Part shown: positions 56,521-64,000 of the stretch, piece by piece
Layout: every line of letters begins with the position of its first letter
Position numbering within the stretch: the stretch's first letter is position 1
DNA from: a virus
DNA length: 64,000 nt
Reading direction: 5' to 3' (one strand)
Virus record (IMG/VR): IMGVR_UViG_3300025009_000080
Location: 8,706-72,705 of that record
Translations under genes and position numbers: made by a program
Notes under the pieces: generated by a model
Database searches by the model: none
What the model was told of the DNA's origin: nothing
The model's input: the letters and a program-made list of their open reading frames with translations, nothing else

Positions 56521-57958
56521 AGAACGGGGCTTCATCATCAAATAGCCTGTTTGGTTTCATTGGCTCTGTAATATCCCTGACTGGTTCCTGTCGGTAGTCG
56601 GTTCCTTGGTTATAGTCCGTTATGAGTGTAACGGTTTCGTTGTATGCAAACTTTACCGTTCCAACACTACCAGACCTGTGTTTGTCTACAATGAGTTCAC
56701 CATACCCATTTGTGGGTGTTCCGTCTTCTGTTTCTGTGATATTATAGTATTCGGGGCGGTATGTAAGTAAAACCATGTCAGCATCTTGCTCAAGTGACCC
56801 GGATTCTCGAAGCATAGACATTGTTGGTCTTTTGTCTTTTGTGGATTCCGCTGTACGGTTTAACTGAGATAATAATATTACCGGGATATCCAACTCTTTT
56901 GCAATAATTTTTGACATTCGTGACGATTCACTCACCTCCTGCTCTCTATTGCGATTCCTGTTTTCGGACTTCATTGTAGTTAGTTGCAGATAATCAATCA
57001 TCACAAGGTCGCACCTCCCTTTCATTTTCATAATTCTGGAATTTGACCGGATATATCGCATTGAAACAAGGGGGTTTGGGTCAATATAAATAGGCAAGTC
57101 TTCAAGCATAGTAACGGCATTATTATATTCAGAATAATCGTAATCGCTCATATTTCCTGTCTTTAATGCAAGAGCATCTACTCCGCTTACGCAAAGGATA
57201 AGTCTGTTTATGAGCGAAACGGGGGTCATTTCAAGACTGTAAATACAAACAGAAAACCCTGCCTTTGCCGCCGCAAGAGCATCGTTTAACATTAAGGCTG
57301 TTTTGCCCATTCCGGGTCTGCCTGCTACTATAATGAGATCCCCTTTTTGCCAACCTCCTGTCATTTTGTTTAACCTATACAAACAAGAAGGTATTCCACT
57401 TGGTTTTCCTTCTTTGTATGCCTTAGCCTTTGCGTCGGTTTCTTTTATGCTTTCTTTTATACAGTCTGATATGGTTCTAAAATTGTCATTGGAGGAAATG
57501 TTCTCTATTTTCTCAAAGCCAGATTGAGCGAAACTCAGTACATCGAAAGCATCCGTCGAGTCGTCAAATGCCATTTGTTGTAGCTCCATGGAAAAGTTTA
57601 TCAGGTTTCTTTTAATGTACTCCTGATAAATGATAGCAACCATCTCTTCGAGAATTTCACCAGAGGCGACCCGCCTTGTGAGTTCAGTAACATAAAACGC
57701 CCCACCTGTCAATTCGAGAAACCCGGTTGATTTCAACTGTTTGGTAACTGAAATGATATTACAGTTTTTGCCGGAGTCGTGAACTTCCTTTATGGCATTA
57801 TAAATTACTTGGTTCTGATTCCTGTAAAATATATCAGGATTGAGTTGGTTACTTACCCTGTAATAGCTTGCGTGTTCGAGAAGTAATATCCCAAGGACTA
57901 TCTCTTCTACGTCTACTGCCTGTGGTGGGATCTTTCCCAATGAGTTAATGTTTTCCAT
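56519..57958 (-). CDS. dnaB: replicative DNA helicase DnaB
   Basis: PPQAVDVE N-terminus; AGRPGMGKT, YSLEM, IDYLQL, LSQLNR and LRESGSLEQDAD motifs. Confidence 0.97.
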   Translation of the reverse strand: MENINSLGKIPPQAVDVEEIVLGILLLEHASYYRVSNQLNPDIFYRNQNQVIYNAIKEVHDSGKNCNIISVTKQLKSTGFLELTGGAFYVTELTRRVASGEILEEMVAIIYQEYIKRNLINFSMELQQMAFDDSTDAFDVLSFAQSGFEKIENISSNDNFRTISDCIKESIKETDAKAKAYKEGKPSGIPSCLYRLNKMTGGWQKGDLIIVAGRPGMGKTALMLNDALAAAKAGFSVCIYSLEMTPVSLINRLILCVSGVDALALKTGNMSDYDYSEYNNAVTMLEDLPIYIDPNPLVSMRYIRSNSRIMKMKGRCDLVMIDYLQLTTMKSENRNRNREQEVSESSRMSKIIAKELDIPVILLSQLNRTAESTKDKRPTMSMLRESGSLEQDADMVLLTYRPEYYNITETEDGTPTNGYGELIVDKHRSGSVGTVKFAYNETVTLITDYNQGTDYRQEPVRDITEPMKPNRLFDDEAPF

Positions 57959-58719
57959 TATTCTTGATATGCTCTATTTGGTGCGCCTAATTTAATTGGG
58001 GTTTCTGGTTTAATTATATCCTTATCAATGTCTTTTTTTGACCAGTTGTTTAGGGTAAGATATGCGCTTATATTGTTCTTGTGCAAATCTGCCCTATTTT
58101 GCATCGCCAGCACTTTTTCCATAATAAGTTCTTTTGAATATTTTAACATAAGTTTATTAAACTGTTCTTGTGTGATTGGCTCTTCCATTTTTGCAACTCT
58201 TGGAGCATCTTTTAGAATCCATGCCTCAAACTTCAAAAACGCTTCACTTTTCTCTTCCGGGAAAATTTCAAGTTTTTTTTCTTTTTTCTTTTTTTCTTTT
58301 TTAATACTCTTATTATTAACTTTATTTAAATCAATACTCTCTATTACTTTATTATTTTCATTTTCAGTATGGTTTTCATATGGTTTCGCATATGGTAAAC
58401 CATATGGTTCTTTTAATTTTTTTGGTCTACCACCATTCTTTCCGTTAGCAGCACGGCTTTCGTTGTATTTTCTTCTTTTTAGTGCTTCAAATTCAAGTCG
58501 CTCATTATACCAAAGCCCATTTTCGTCAATAGAAAACTTGCGTTTTAGTGAAACCGAAACAGAACCTACAATAAAGCATATGGTTTCCTCACTTAATCTG
58601 CCTTCTTGGTGCATCTGGGCAAGTATCGTAATATACTTGCCTCGGTCTTCAAAACTAAGCGTTTGTACCCCAACTATAAAGTCTTGGCTATAAAATAAAA
58701 ATGCGGGATCTTTACTCAT
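57958..58719 (-). CDS. phage replication initiator (DUF1376/YdaU-like N-terminus)
   Basis: MSKDPAFLFYSQDF...RGKYI..L...H; NGKNGGRP linker; coupled to dnaB; true start at ATG58719. Confidence 0.8.
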   Translation of the reverse strand: MSKDPAFLFYSQDFIVGVQTLSFEDRGKYITILAQMHQEGRLSEETICFIVGSVSVSLKRKFSIDENGLWYNERLEFEALKRRKYNESRAANGKNGGRPKKLKEPYGLPYAKPYENHTENENNKVIESIDLNKVNNKSIKKEKKKKEKKLEIFPEEKSEAFLKFEAWILKDAPRVAKMEEPITQEQFNKLMLKYSKELIMEKVLAMQNRADLHKNNISAYLTLNNWSKKDIDKDIIKPETPIKLGAPNRAYQE

Positions 58720-59152
58720 TGGTATAACCCTCCTTTGATATTCCAGCAAAATTAGCAGCAGCATAGGTAATGAGTCCCTTATCATCTTTATTATTAAGAA
58801 AATTTAAGATAATACTGTCTAATTTATCGTAATTTTTAAAATACAAGTTATAACCAATCTGCTCTAAGAGTGCAATTAGGTGTAATTGAGGGATATATTG
58901 AGAAATATTATCAATCCATACCTTGCATAACAATTTTGATTGTTCATGCTCCCACTTATGGCAGTCTTCACACAAGGTAATCAATTGAACACCTTCTACA
59001 TCCCATGGGGCTTCGTAATTGTTTTTAATATGGTGAACGTGTAGTGTCTCAGTGTCTCTATCACAATACCTACATTTAAACCCATCACGATTTAGGATTT
59101 CAAGGCGTTTCTTTTGCCACCTTGGGTCTTTGAATTTTTCAGAGTAATTCAT
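58712..59152 (-). CDS. HNH endonuclease
   Basis: DPRWQKKR.EIL.RD.F.C..C, LHVHH and LITLCEDCH motifs. Confidence 0.85.
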   Translation of the reverse strand: MNYSEKFKDPRWQKKRLEILNRDGFKCRYCDRDTETLHVHHIKNNYEAPWDVEGVQLITLCEDCHKWEHEQSKLLCKVWIDNISQYIPQLHLIALLEQIGYNLYFKNYDKLDSIILNFLNNKDDKGLITYAAANFAGISKEGYTNE

Positions 59153-59169
59153 AGCCTTAAAAACACCCC

Positions 59170-59228
59170 AAAAAAGAGAAGCCCGTTCGGTAATTCCAAC
59201 ATGAAAGGAGGGAATACGGACTTACTCT
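59170..59228 (-). terminator. conditional terminator in leader of replication operon
   Basis: AGAG-U-AAGUCCGU...ACGGGCUU-CUCU followed by a U-tract. Confidence 0.65.
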
Positions 59229-59269
59229 AAATTGAGGCTTTTAATAAAATAAATGTCTTTGTTAATCAT
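59222..59269 (-). CDS. putative leader peptide MINKDIYFIKSLNLE
   Basis: ATG59269 to TAA59222; the stop lies inside the 5' arm of the terminator. Confidence 0.45.
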   Translation of the reverse strand: MINKDIYFIKSLNLE

Positions 59270-59289
59270 GTTGTCTGAATTACCGGATA

Positions 59290-59334
59290 CAAAGATACAA
59301 CAATAGAAACGCAAAAGTCAAGGGTTGTTGAAAA
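59290..59334 (-). promoter_or_regulatory. replication-operon promoter with upstream box
   Basis: TTTTCAACA-4 nt-TTGAC-19 nt-TATCTTTG. Confidence 0.75.
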
Positions 59335-59336
59335 CT

Positions 59337-59368
59337 AAAAAAGCCTACCAAATTAATGATAGGCTTTT
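59337..59368 (-). terminator. intrinsic terminator of tmRNA gene (potentially bidirectional)
   Basis: AAAAGCCUAUCA-UUAAUU-UGGUAGGCUUUUUU. Confidence 0.8.
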
Positions 59369-59635
59369 CTGTCTTTCTCTTTTCAGAGTTGCTCTATGCT
59401 ACTGCCTTGAGTCTCAATGAGCGATTGAATTGATTGTCACTTGTTGTTTTGTAAATCTCTTTTTTGCATTAGTCGCTGTCAAAAGCCGGTCGCCCCCTTA
59501 AGTACCGCCAGGTAGGTTTACCACGTCTCTACGAGCACTGCGATCTTTATACTACCTGCAAGCACTGGGCTTGAGTGGAGGCGGAGGGAATCGAACCCTC
59601 GTCCAACGGTGTATCTCAAAATGTCAATGATTCAC
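59337..59635 (-). ncRNA. ssrA: circularly permuted two-piece tmRNA (acceptor piece 59635-59576, intervening segment 59575-59498, coding piece from 59497)
   Basis: Acceptor stem GGGGGCG/CGCCUCC-A with G3.U70; T-arm GAGGG-UUCGAUU-CCCUC; 5' end GGGGGCGACCGGCUUUUGAC; inter-piece pairing; tag ORF 59438-59394 DNQFNRSLRLKAVA*. Confidence 0.88.
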
Positions 59636-59639
59636 AGGG

Positions 59640-59683
59640 CAAAGGTAATATAAAAACATACCATTGTCAAGAGCTGTTAATAA
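59640..59683 (-). promoter_or_regulatory. tmRNA promoter with upstream box
   Basis: TTATTAACA-4 nt-TTGAC-18 nt-TACCTTTG. Confidence 0.8.
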
Positions 59684-59684
59684 C

Positions 59685-61907
59685 TTAAAATCTATCAGAT
59701 TTGATACGCGATCCGTGGTCAAGTTCAAGTTCATTGCGATCATTAAGGCGATACCTTAGCTTGCGTTTCGAGGCATCAACTGCCTTTGTTTCGTGAATGT
59801 TTTCGGGTGGTCGGTTCGCATAGATTTCAGCGCAAATATGACTGTACGTTACGCCGTCAATAACATCATCCCTATACATATTTGGGTTCTCTGTGGCGTA
59901 GCTCACATAGCCGATCGGGCTTACTTTCTGCACGTAGGTTTTCATCTGTAACCAGAATTGAGGGATCTCAATTATAGCACCACCCTCCACAAGCTCACGG
60001 GTCTTATTTAATATGTAGTTGGCATTATGTGACTTCTTACTGATACCCTCTCCATGGGTCGAGACCTGCATATGTTTTGGTAGCCGGTCATTGCGTACAA
60101 TATTCGTGAATCTATGAAGTTTCTTCCAGTCAATGTACGTTTGTCCGATATTGGATTCAATGAGTTCCGGGATTTTAGGGTCATACCATATTCCCAATAA
60201 GGTAGCCTGCGCAAAGCAATACTGATGATCCCTTGTGCGGTGCTTCATAATGGCCACAATCTCATTTGCAAGGCTGTCCTTTATACCAGATGCCATATCA
60301 GAGTTACCAGTAGTTGATGAAATCGGGTCAGTACCTTGGAAATATCTGTTACGCCACCCCTCCTGTGGAGGTTTTCTCACGATAACAGTGGCTATTTCGC
60401 TGTCATGTCTAACTGGTCTGAATGAAGCACCGATTACCCTGTAAGGGAAATACAAATCCGGCGTTTCTATGGTTTGGTCATAGATTGGTTCCATGTAGCC
60501 ATACATGGGTTGTTGATCCTCTGGTAAGCGGTAAATATCGTTTACGTGTTCAACGATTTCGCCAATAGGAATAAGGGTTTCATTGGACTTCAAAAACATA
60601 TCCTCAATAGAGGCAGGATAGTGTTGATGGAATTGAATCTTTGGATCTGTGCGATCACCAGGGAGTCTCTGCTTGCGATAGTAAAACCGCTTTTCCTCTT
60701 CGTATTTTTCTTTTGTTATACCCGGTTTTGAGAAGCAATCAATAAATATAGGTACAAGTCCATGCCGGAAATCCCGTTCTTTCCACGCCTCTACTGCCGC
60801 CATGTACTCACGCTCGAAATTCCCCTTCCCCTTATCCATGTCTCCTGAAGTACCAAAGCAAGTTACCTGCCGCTTCATTTCCCATTCCTTTGTTTCCGGG
60901 TTAAGCCAGAACAAAGCAGGGCGACCTTCATTAAGCATAGAAGTAAGAATAGCAATATTTCCACATTCGTCAATCAATACCTCATTGGGCTGCCCTCCGT
61001 TAATAGCTGTTTTTGTTGGAGCAACTACCTCCACTGAACTATTCCCTCCGGTTATTGTCCCTTTTTCGAGTATCTTTTTGTAGCTGAATTTTCGGGAGGT
61101 ATCGTTGTGAACTGTTGGTTTGAACCACTCTGGCTGCTTTGTGTAAGCATACTTCAGCTTGGAGTCAAAAATTTCCTCTGCCTTGTCCTTGGATTCTGCT
61201 ATGAATTTGATAAAGAAGTTTTTCTTTAGCCTTGCCCGCATTTCGGTTCTGGCAAGCATAATTGTAGAAAACCCTGTCTGTCGGAGCTTACCCATAATAG
61301 TACTGAACCCACAGTCCAATACCCAAAGCACAATAGCCTGATTCTCCCAAGCTATGTACTTTAATTCCCCTGATTCATCTTCGCCTTCCTTCATCCAAAG
61401 GTAGCGATTCAGTCCATACAGCGAATTGGTTACACACCTGTTGCGTTCCCTGATAATAAACCTACGCTCATCATCAGGTGTTTGGCAGTCGTGGAACCTT
61501 CGTTTATCTGCAAGCCAACGCTTTGCCTGCAATTTGTAGATAGCGTATTGTCGGTTGTAAACACAATGCGACATTCCCTTTAGCTGACTATCTACCCATT
61601 CAATAAATTGTTCGTTTGGAAGTAAAGGATTACCGTCATGCGCAAGCCAGTCAGCCTTTGTAATCTTCCTGTCTTTAAACTCTTTCTCGACTGCCTCTAT
61701 ACTAATATGGAAACTCCCGGTTTGCTCGGTAGTCTCCGCATTATCGTTATAGACTGGTTGGTGTATAAATCCGGCTTCAATAAGGATATTCCTACCCCTT
61801 TGATCTAACTCGATACCAGTTTGGTGTAGGTTTAGATAGTAGCTTATTAAAGAGGAATACTCAGGTGTTTCCTTATACAGATCACCCGATTTTGATGGTC
61901 TTGCCAT
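59685..61907 (-). CDS. terL: terminase large subunit
   Basis: KLRQTGFST Walker A, VLIDE Walker B, RNase H-like GTDP ... DDVIDG. Confidence 0.9.
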   Translation of the reverse strand: MARPSKSGDLYKETPEYSSLISYYLNLHQTGIELDQRGRNILIEAGFIHQPVYNDNAETTEQTGSFHISIEAVEKEFKDRKITKADWLAHDGNPLLPNEQFIEWVDSQLKGMSHCVYNRQYAIYKLQAKRWLADKRRFHDCQTPDDERRFIIRERNRCVTNSLYGLNRYLWMKEGEDESGELKYIAWENQAIVLWVLDCGFSTIMGKLRQTGFSTIMLARTEMRARLKKNFFIKFIAESKDKAEEIFDSKLKYAYTKQPEWFKPTVHNDTSRKFSYKKILEKGTITGGNSSVEVVAPTKTAINGGQPNEVLIDECGNIAILTSMLNEGRPALFWLNPETKEWEMKRQVTCFGTSGDMDKGKGNFEREYMAAVEAWKERDFRHGLVPIFIDCFSKPGITKEKYEEEKRFYYRKQRLPGDRTDPKIQFHQHYPASIEDMFLKSNETLIPIGEIVEHVNDIYRLPEDQQPMYGYMEPIYDQTIETPDLYFPYRVIGASFRPVRHDSEIATVIVRKPPQEGWRNRYFQGTDPISSTTGNSDMASGIKDSLANEIVAIMKHRTRDHQYCFAQATLLGIWYDPKIPELIESNIGQTYIDWKKLHRFTNIVRNDRLPKHMQVSTHGEGISKKSHNANYILNKTRELVEGGAIIEIPQFWLQMKTYVQKVSPIGYVSYATENPNMYRDDVIDGVTYSHICAEIYANRPPENIHETKAVDASKRKLRYRLNDRNELELDHGSRIKSDRF

Positions 61908-61911
61908 AAGG

Positions 61912-61945
61912 CAAAGATAGTGAATTATTCAGGATATTGTTTCAA
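61912..61945 (-). promoter_or_regulatory. putative terminase promoter (leaderless)
   Basis: TTGAA-21 nt-TATCTTTG-4 nt-ATG. Confidence 0.55.
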
Positions 61946-62143
61946 GTAAGGGGCTATATCGTTCTCGATTTGTTTCTCAGCCAACATACGGGCTAATTCA
62001 TTAAGTTTGAAATCCGGGGGTAGCCCCGTCCATTTAGAAATTATTTTAGTTCCATTACAGGTTGAGCAAACAACAGAACTTATTGTTGACAGCGGGGTGG
62101 GAGCTGACCCCGTCCCGCCACACACTGGACATTTTTGCCACAT
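61925..62143 (-). CDS. small DnaJ-type zinc-finger protein
   Basis: CPVCGGTG...CSTCNGT. Confidence 0.65.
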   Translation of the reverse strand: MWQKCPVCGGTGSAPTPLSTISSVVCSTCNGTKIISKWTGLPPDFKLNELARMLAEKQIENDIAPYLKQYPE

Positions 62144-62169
62144 AGTTTTAATAATTTAAGTGTTAATAA

Positions 62170-62343
62170 TTATTCATCAGTGTAATCCTTCCTTTCTTTA
62201 TGCCAGTTCTCAAATTCAGACCGACTCACAGTTCCACGCCCTAAGCATAGGTCGCAATCATCGGAGTCCTCACCCCCACATTGGGGGCAAGTTTCTCCGT
62301 CATTCTCCATGAGTTGCTGAGTTAAATATGCGTCCTCTGACAT
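62170..62343 (-). CDS. small zinc-finger protein (57 aa; not in ORF track)
   Basis: MSEDAY...CPQCGG....CDLCLGRG; TGATG coupling. Confidence 0.6.
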   Translation of the reverse strand: MSEDAYLTQQLMENDGETCPQCGGEDSDDCDLCLGRGTVSRSEFENWHKERKDYTDE

Positions 62344-62627
62344 CACTCAGGAAGGACTAAGTAGGTGGTTGTCAAGTGCGGTGCAACAAGCAATGCCCTG
62401 AAAGCATCGGTACGCTTCCACACCCCATTCCCTGCACTGGCTCCGGGTGTAAACGTGCCATCAGAAATGGTTCGCACCCCTACAATTATTACTTCTTCCG
62501 GTTCGGGGAGGTCGACACTTACCCATTTTTTTGTTTTTGTGCCAAAGCGATCTTCAGCTACGGTTACATCTGTTCTTTTTAAGACAGATGTGATTGTAAT
62601 TTTTTGTCCAAGTTTGTACTTTTTCAT
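62343..62627 (-). CDS. hypothetical protein
   Basis: ORF track. Confidence 0.6.
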   Translation of the reverse strand: MKKYKLGQKITITSVLKRTDVTVAEDRFGTKTKKWVSVDLPEPEEVIIVGVRTISDGTFTPGASAGNGVWKRTDAFRALLVAPHLTTTYLVLPE

Positions 62628-62671
62628 TGGTTTAGTTTTATTGGTTATTAATTATCCACGACCACTTGGGT

Positions 62672-63139
62672 TCATGGTTGGTAGGGTTTAGGTTCATTGT
62701 AAGGCATCCACGCTGTTAATAATACGGTAAAACCATCTCCAAACTTTTCAACCTGTTCTTTAATCCATTTGCCAGTAATGTAATTTACCTCTATCCCTCC
62801 TCCCGGTTTTTTTATCGTAAACCAGATATTCCCATCTGGTAATCCTGACAAGTCACCGCCTATAATCGGTATCCACTGGTCATTTGGGTTTACAATATGA
62901 TTGCAAGCATCTCTTACCATTTCCTGATCAGGGTGACGTAACAGAAAGTTACGCACATCTGCAAAATTGGCTTCATACGCAGCTATCCTTTCGGACAATT
63001 CAGTGGATTGCAGGTCAGCGTATTCCTGCATGGCTGCCAATATTGCATTACCCATTGCGATAGGTAGTAAGCTATCGTTTGCACAATGTTTTACCATTAT
63101 TTCTATTGCTTTTTTATCCGGTGTTGGTTTTGGTGTCAT
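62672..63139 (-). CDS. hypothetical protein with DUF551-like C-terminus
   Basis: QWIPI....LP ... AWMP..P motif. Confidence 0.6.
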   Translation of the reverse strand: MTPKPTPDKKAIEIMVKHCANDSLLPIAMGNAILAAMQEYADLQSTELSERIAAYEANFADVRNFLLRHPDQEMVRDACNHIVNPNDQWIPIIGGDLSGLPDGNIWFTIKKPGGGIEVNYITGKWIKEQVEKFGDGFTVLLTAWMPYNEPKPYQP

Positions 63140-63284
63140 GGTGTTGGTTGTTAATTAACGAATAATGGATATATTATTAATGCGATCACTGAACATACAA
63201 GTATTGTTAAAAATATTGCATTGAACATCATAATACATTCTTCTAATCCAAATAATGGTGGTATTTTTTTCATGGTGTTGGTTG

Positions 63285-63545
63285 TTAGTGTTCAAAAACG
63301 GCACTTGAATGACCTTCGATATGCCCTGCCAGATTCCCTTCTCTATAGGCACTTTCCTGTATTCCCCTTATTTCATCTTCGGTATAAAAACGACCTTCTT
63401 TTCGCCACAGCTCAGCGATTTCATCAAAAACAAGAGTCATTCGTTTAGGGCTTGTCGTTTTGATCATAAATGTTAAATAAGATTCCCAATCAGTCATACC
63501 ATATTTAACTGCAATCTCATTTCTAATTTGTTCAAGTGTTTTCAT
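63285..63545 (-). CDS. hypothetical protein
   Basis: ORF track. Confidence 0.55.
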   Translation of the reverse strand: MKTLEQIRNEIAVKYGMTDWESYLTFMIKTTSPKRMTLVFDEIAELWRKEGRFYTEDEIRGIQESAYREGNLAGHIEGHSSAVFEH

Positions 63546-63571
63546 GGCGTTTGTTTTACCCTTTCGGGTGG

Positions 63572-64000
63572 TTACTTTGTTTGAATGATTGCTAAAATCG
63601 CTTTTGCTATCTCATATGTACGTAGTCGAGCCTTACTTTCTTTAGAGTCATGATCAGTAAATTCGTTAGGATTGTTCCAAAAATCGGCTTCCCATTCGTC
63701 AAGAAATCGGAAGTAACAACCTAATTGCACCCACGGTTTGCCCGTATTCAAGTCAATTCCACAAGATGCTTTATATTTGTAGTATTGATTTAGCTCTATG
63801 ATACAGTCAATAAAAATTGAGTAGCCAAGTTTGCAGCCGTCGCCAAGTGTGCAGTAGTAGCCAAGTGTGCAGCCGTTGCCAAGTTTGCAGCCGTAGCCAA
63901 GTGTGCAGCCGTTGCCAAGTGTGCAGTCGTTGCCAAGTTTGCAGCCGTAGCCAAGTGTGCAGCCGTTGCCAAGTGTGCAGTCGTTGCCAAGTGTGCAGCC
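63572..64000 (-). CDS. hexapeptide-repeat (left-handed beta-helix) protein, 5'-truncated by the window end
   Basis: Open frame GCTLGNDCTLGNGCTLGYGCKLG...PWVQLGCYFR...IIQTK*; missed by the ORF track. Confidence 0.8.
   Translation of the reverse strand, partial: GCTLGNDCTLGNGCTLGYGCKLGNDCTLGNGCTLGYGCKLGNGCTLGYYCTLGDGCKLGYSIFIDCIIELNQYYKYKASCGIDLNTGKPWVQLGCYFRFLDEWEADFWNNPNEFTDHDSKESKARLRTYEIAKAILAIIQTK
63823..64000 (-). repeat. 18-bp tandem repeat (about 10 units visible)
   Basis: Unit (a/t/g)acg(g/a)ctgca(c/a)acttggc. Confidence 0.95.

Noticed and set aside
59576-59604. tRNA gene or attP fragment copied from the 3' end of host ssrA
   Set aside because: There is no anticodon or D arm. A matching 5' end, inter-piece pairing, tag ORF, promoter and terminator are all present, and no integrase is in the window.
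63796-63990. ORF-track protein MATTAHLATAAHL...
   Set aside because: This is the wrong frame of the 18-bp repeat. The alternative frame stays open to 63572 and gives a canonical hexapeptide repeat.
1-64000. Stop-codon reassignment
   Set aside because: Long genes are intact under code 11, and TAG, TGA and TAA all end genes at tightly coupled junctions.

Overview
The window is most of a tailed dsDNA phage genome (podovirus-like morphogenesis module, standard genetic code). It very likely infects a Bacteroidota host, judging by TAnnTTTG promoters, a DUF3127-type SSB and signal peptides followed by Gln. Bases 1-15.7 kb carry + strand early/middle genes: small ORFs, an LRR repeat protein, a clamp-like protein, an exonuclease with a Gp3-like partner, an SbcC-like ATPase, an SSB, a DnaA domain IV-like protein and nucleases. 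Bases 15.7-64 kb are - strand: terminase; an inserted block of ncRNA, HNH, replication initiator and DnaB; portal, scaffold, capsid, tail ring and nozzle proteins; ejection/polyvalent proteins; fibre-like proteins; and a lysis cassette. The strongest novel signal is a complete, circularly permuted (two-piece) and pseudoknot-less tmRNA gene at 59635-59337, with its own promoter, a 78-nt structured intervening segment, tag DNQFNRSLRLKAVA and a terminator. It is followed immediately by a leader-peptide attenuator in front of the replication operon. Also notable are a shared promoter architecture with a DnaA-box-like 9-mer, a candidate sRNA, signal-peptide-bearing fibre proteins, a catalytically dead C10 protease-dockerin fusion, and repeat proteins with combinatorial variation. 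Protein family calls come from motif recognition by eye; no database searches were run.
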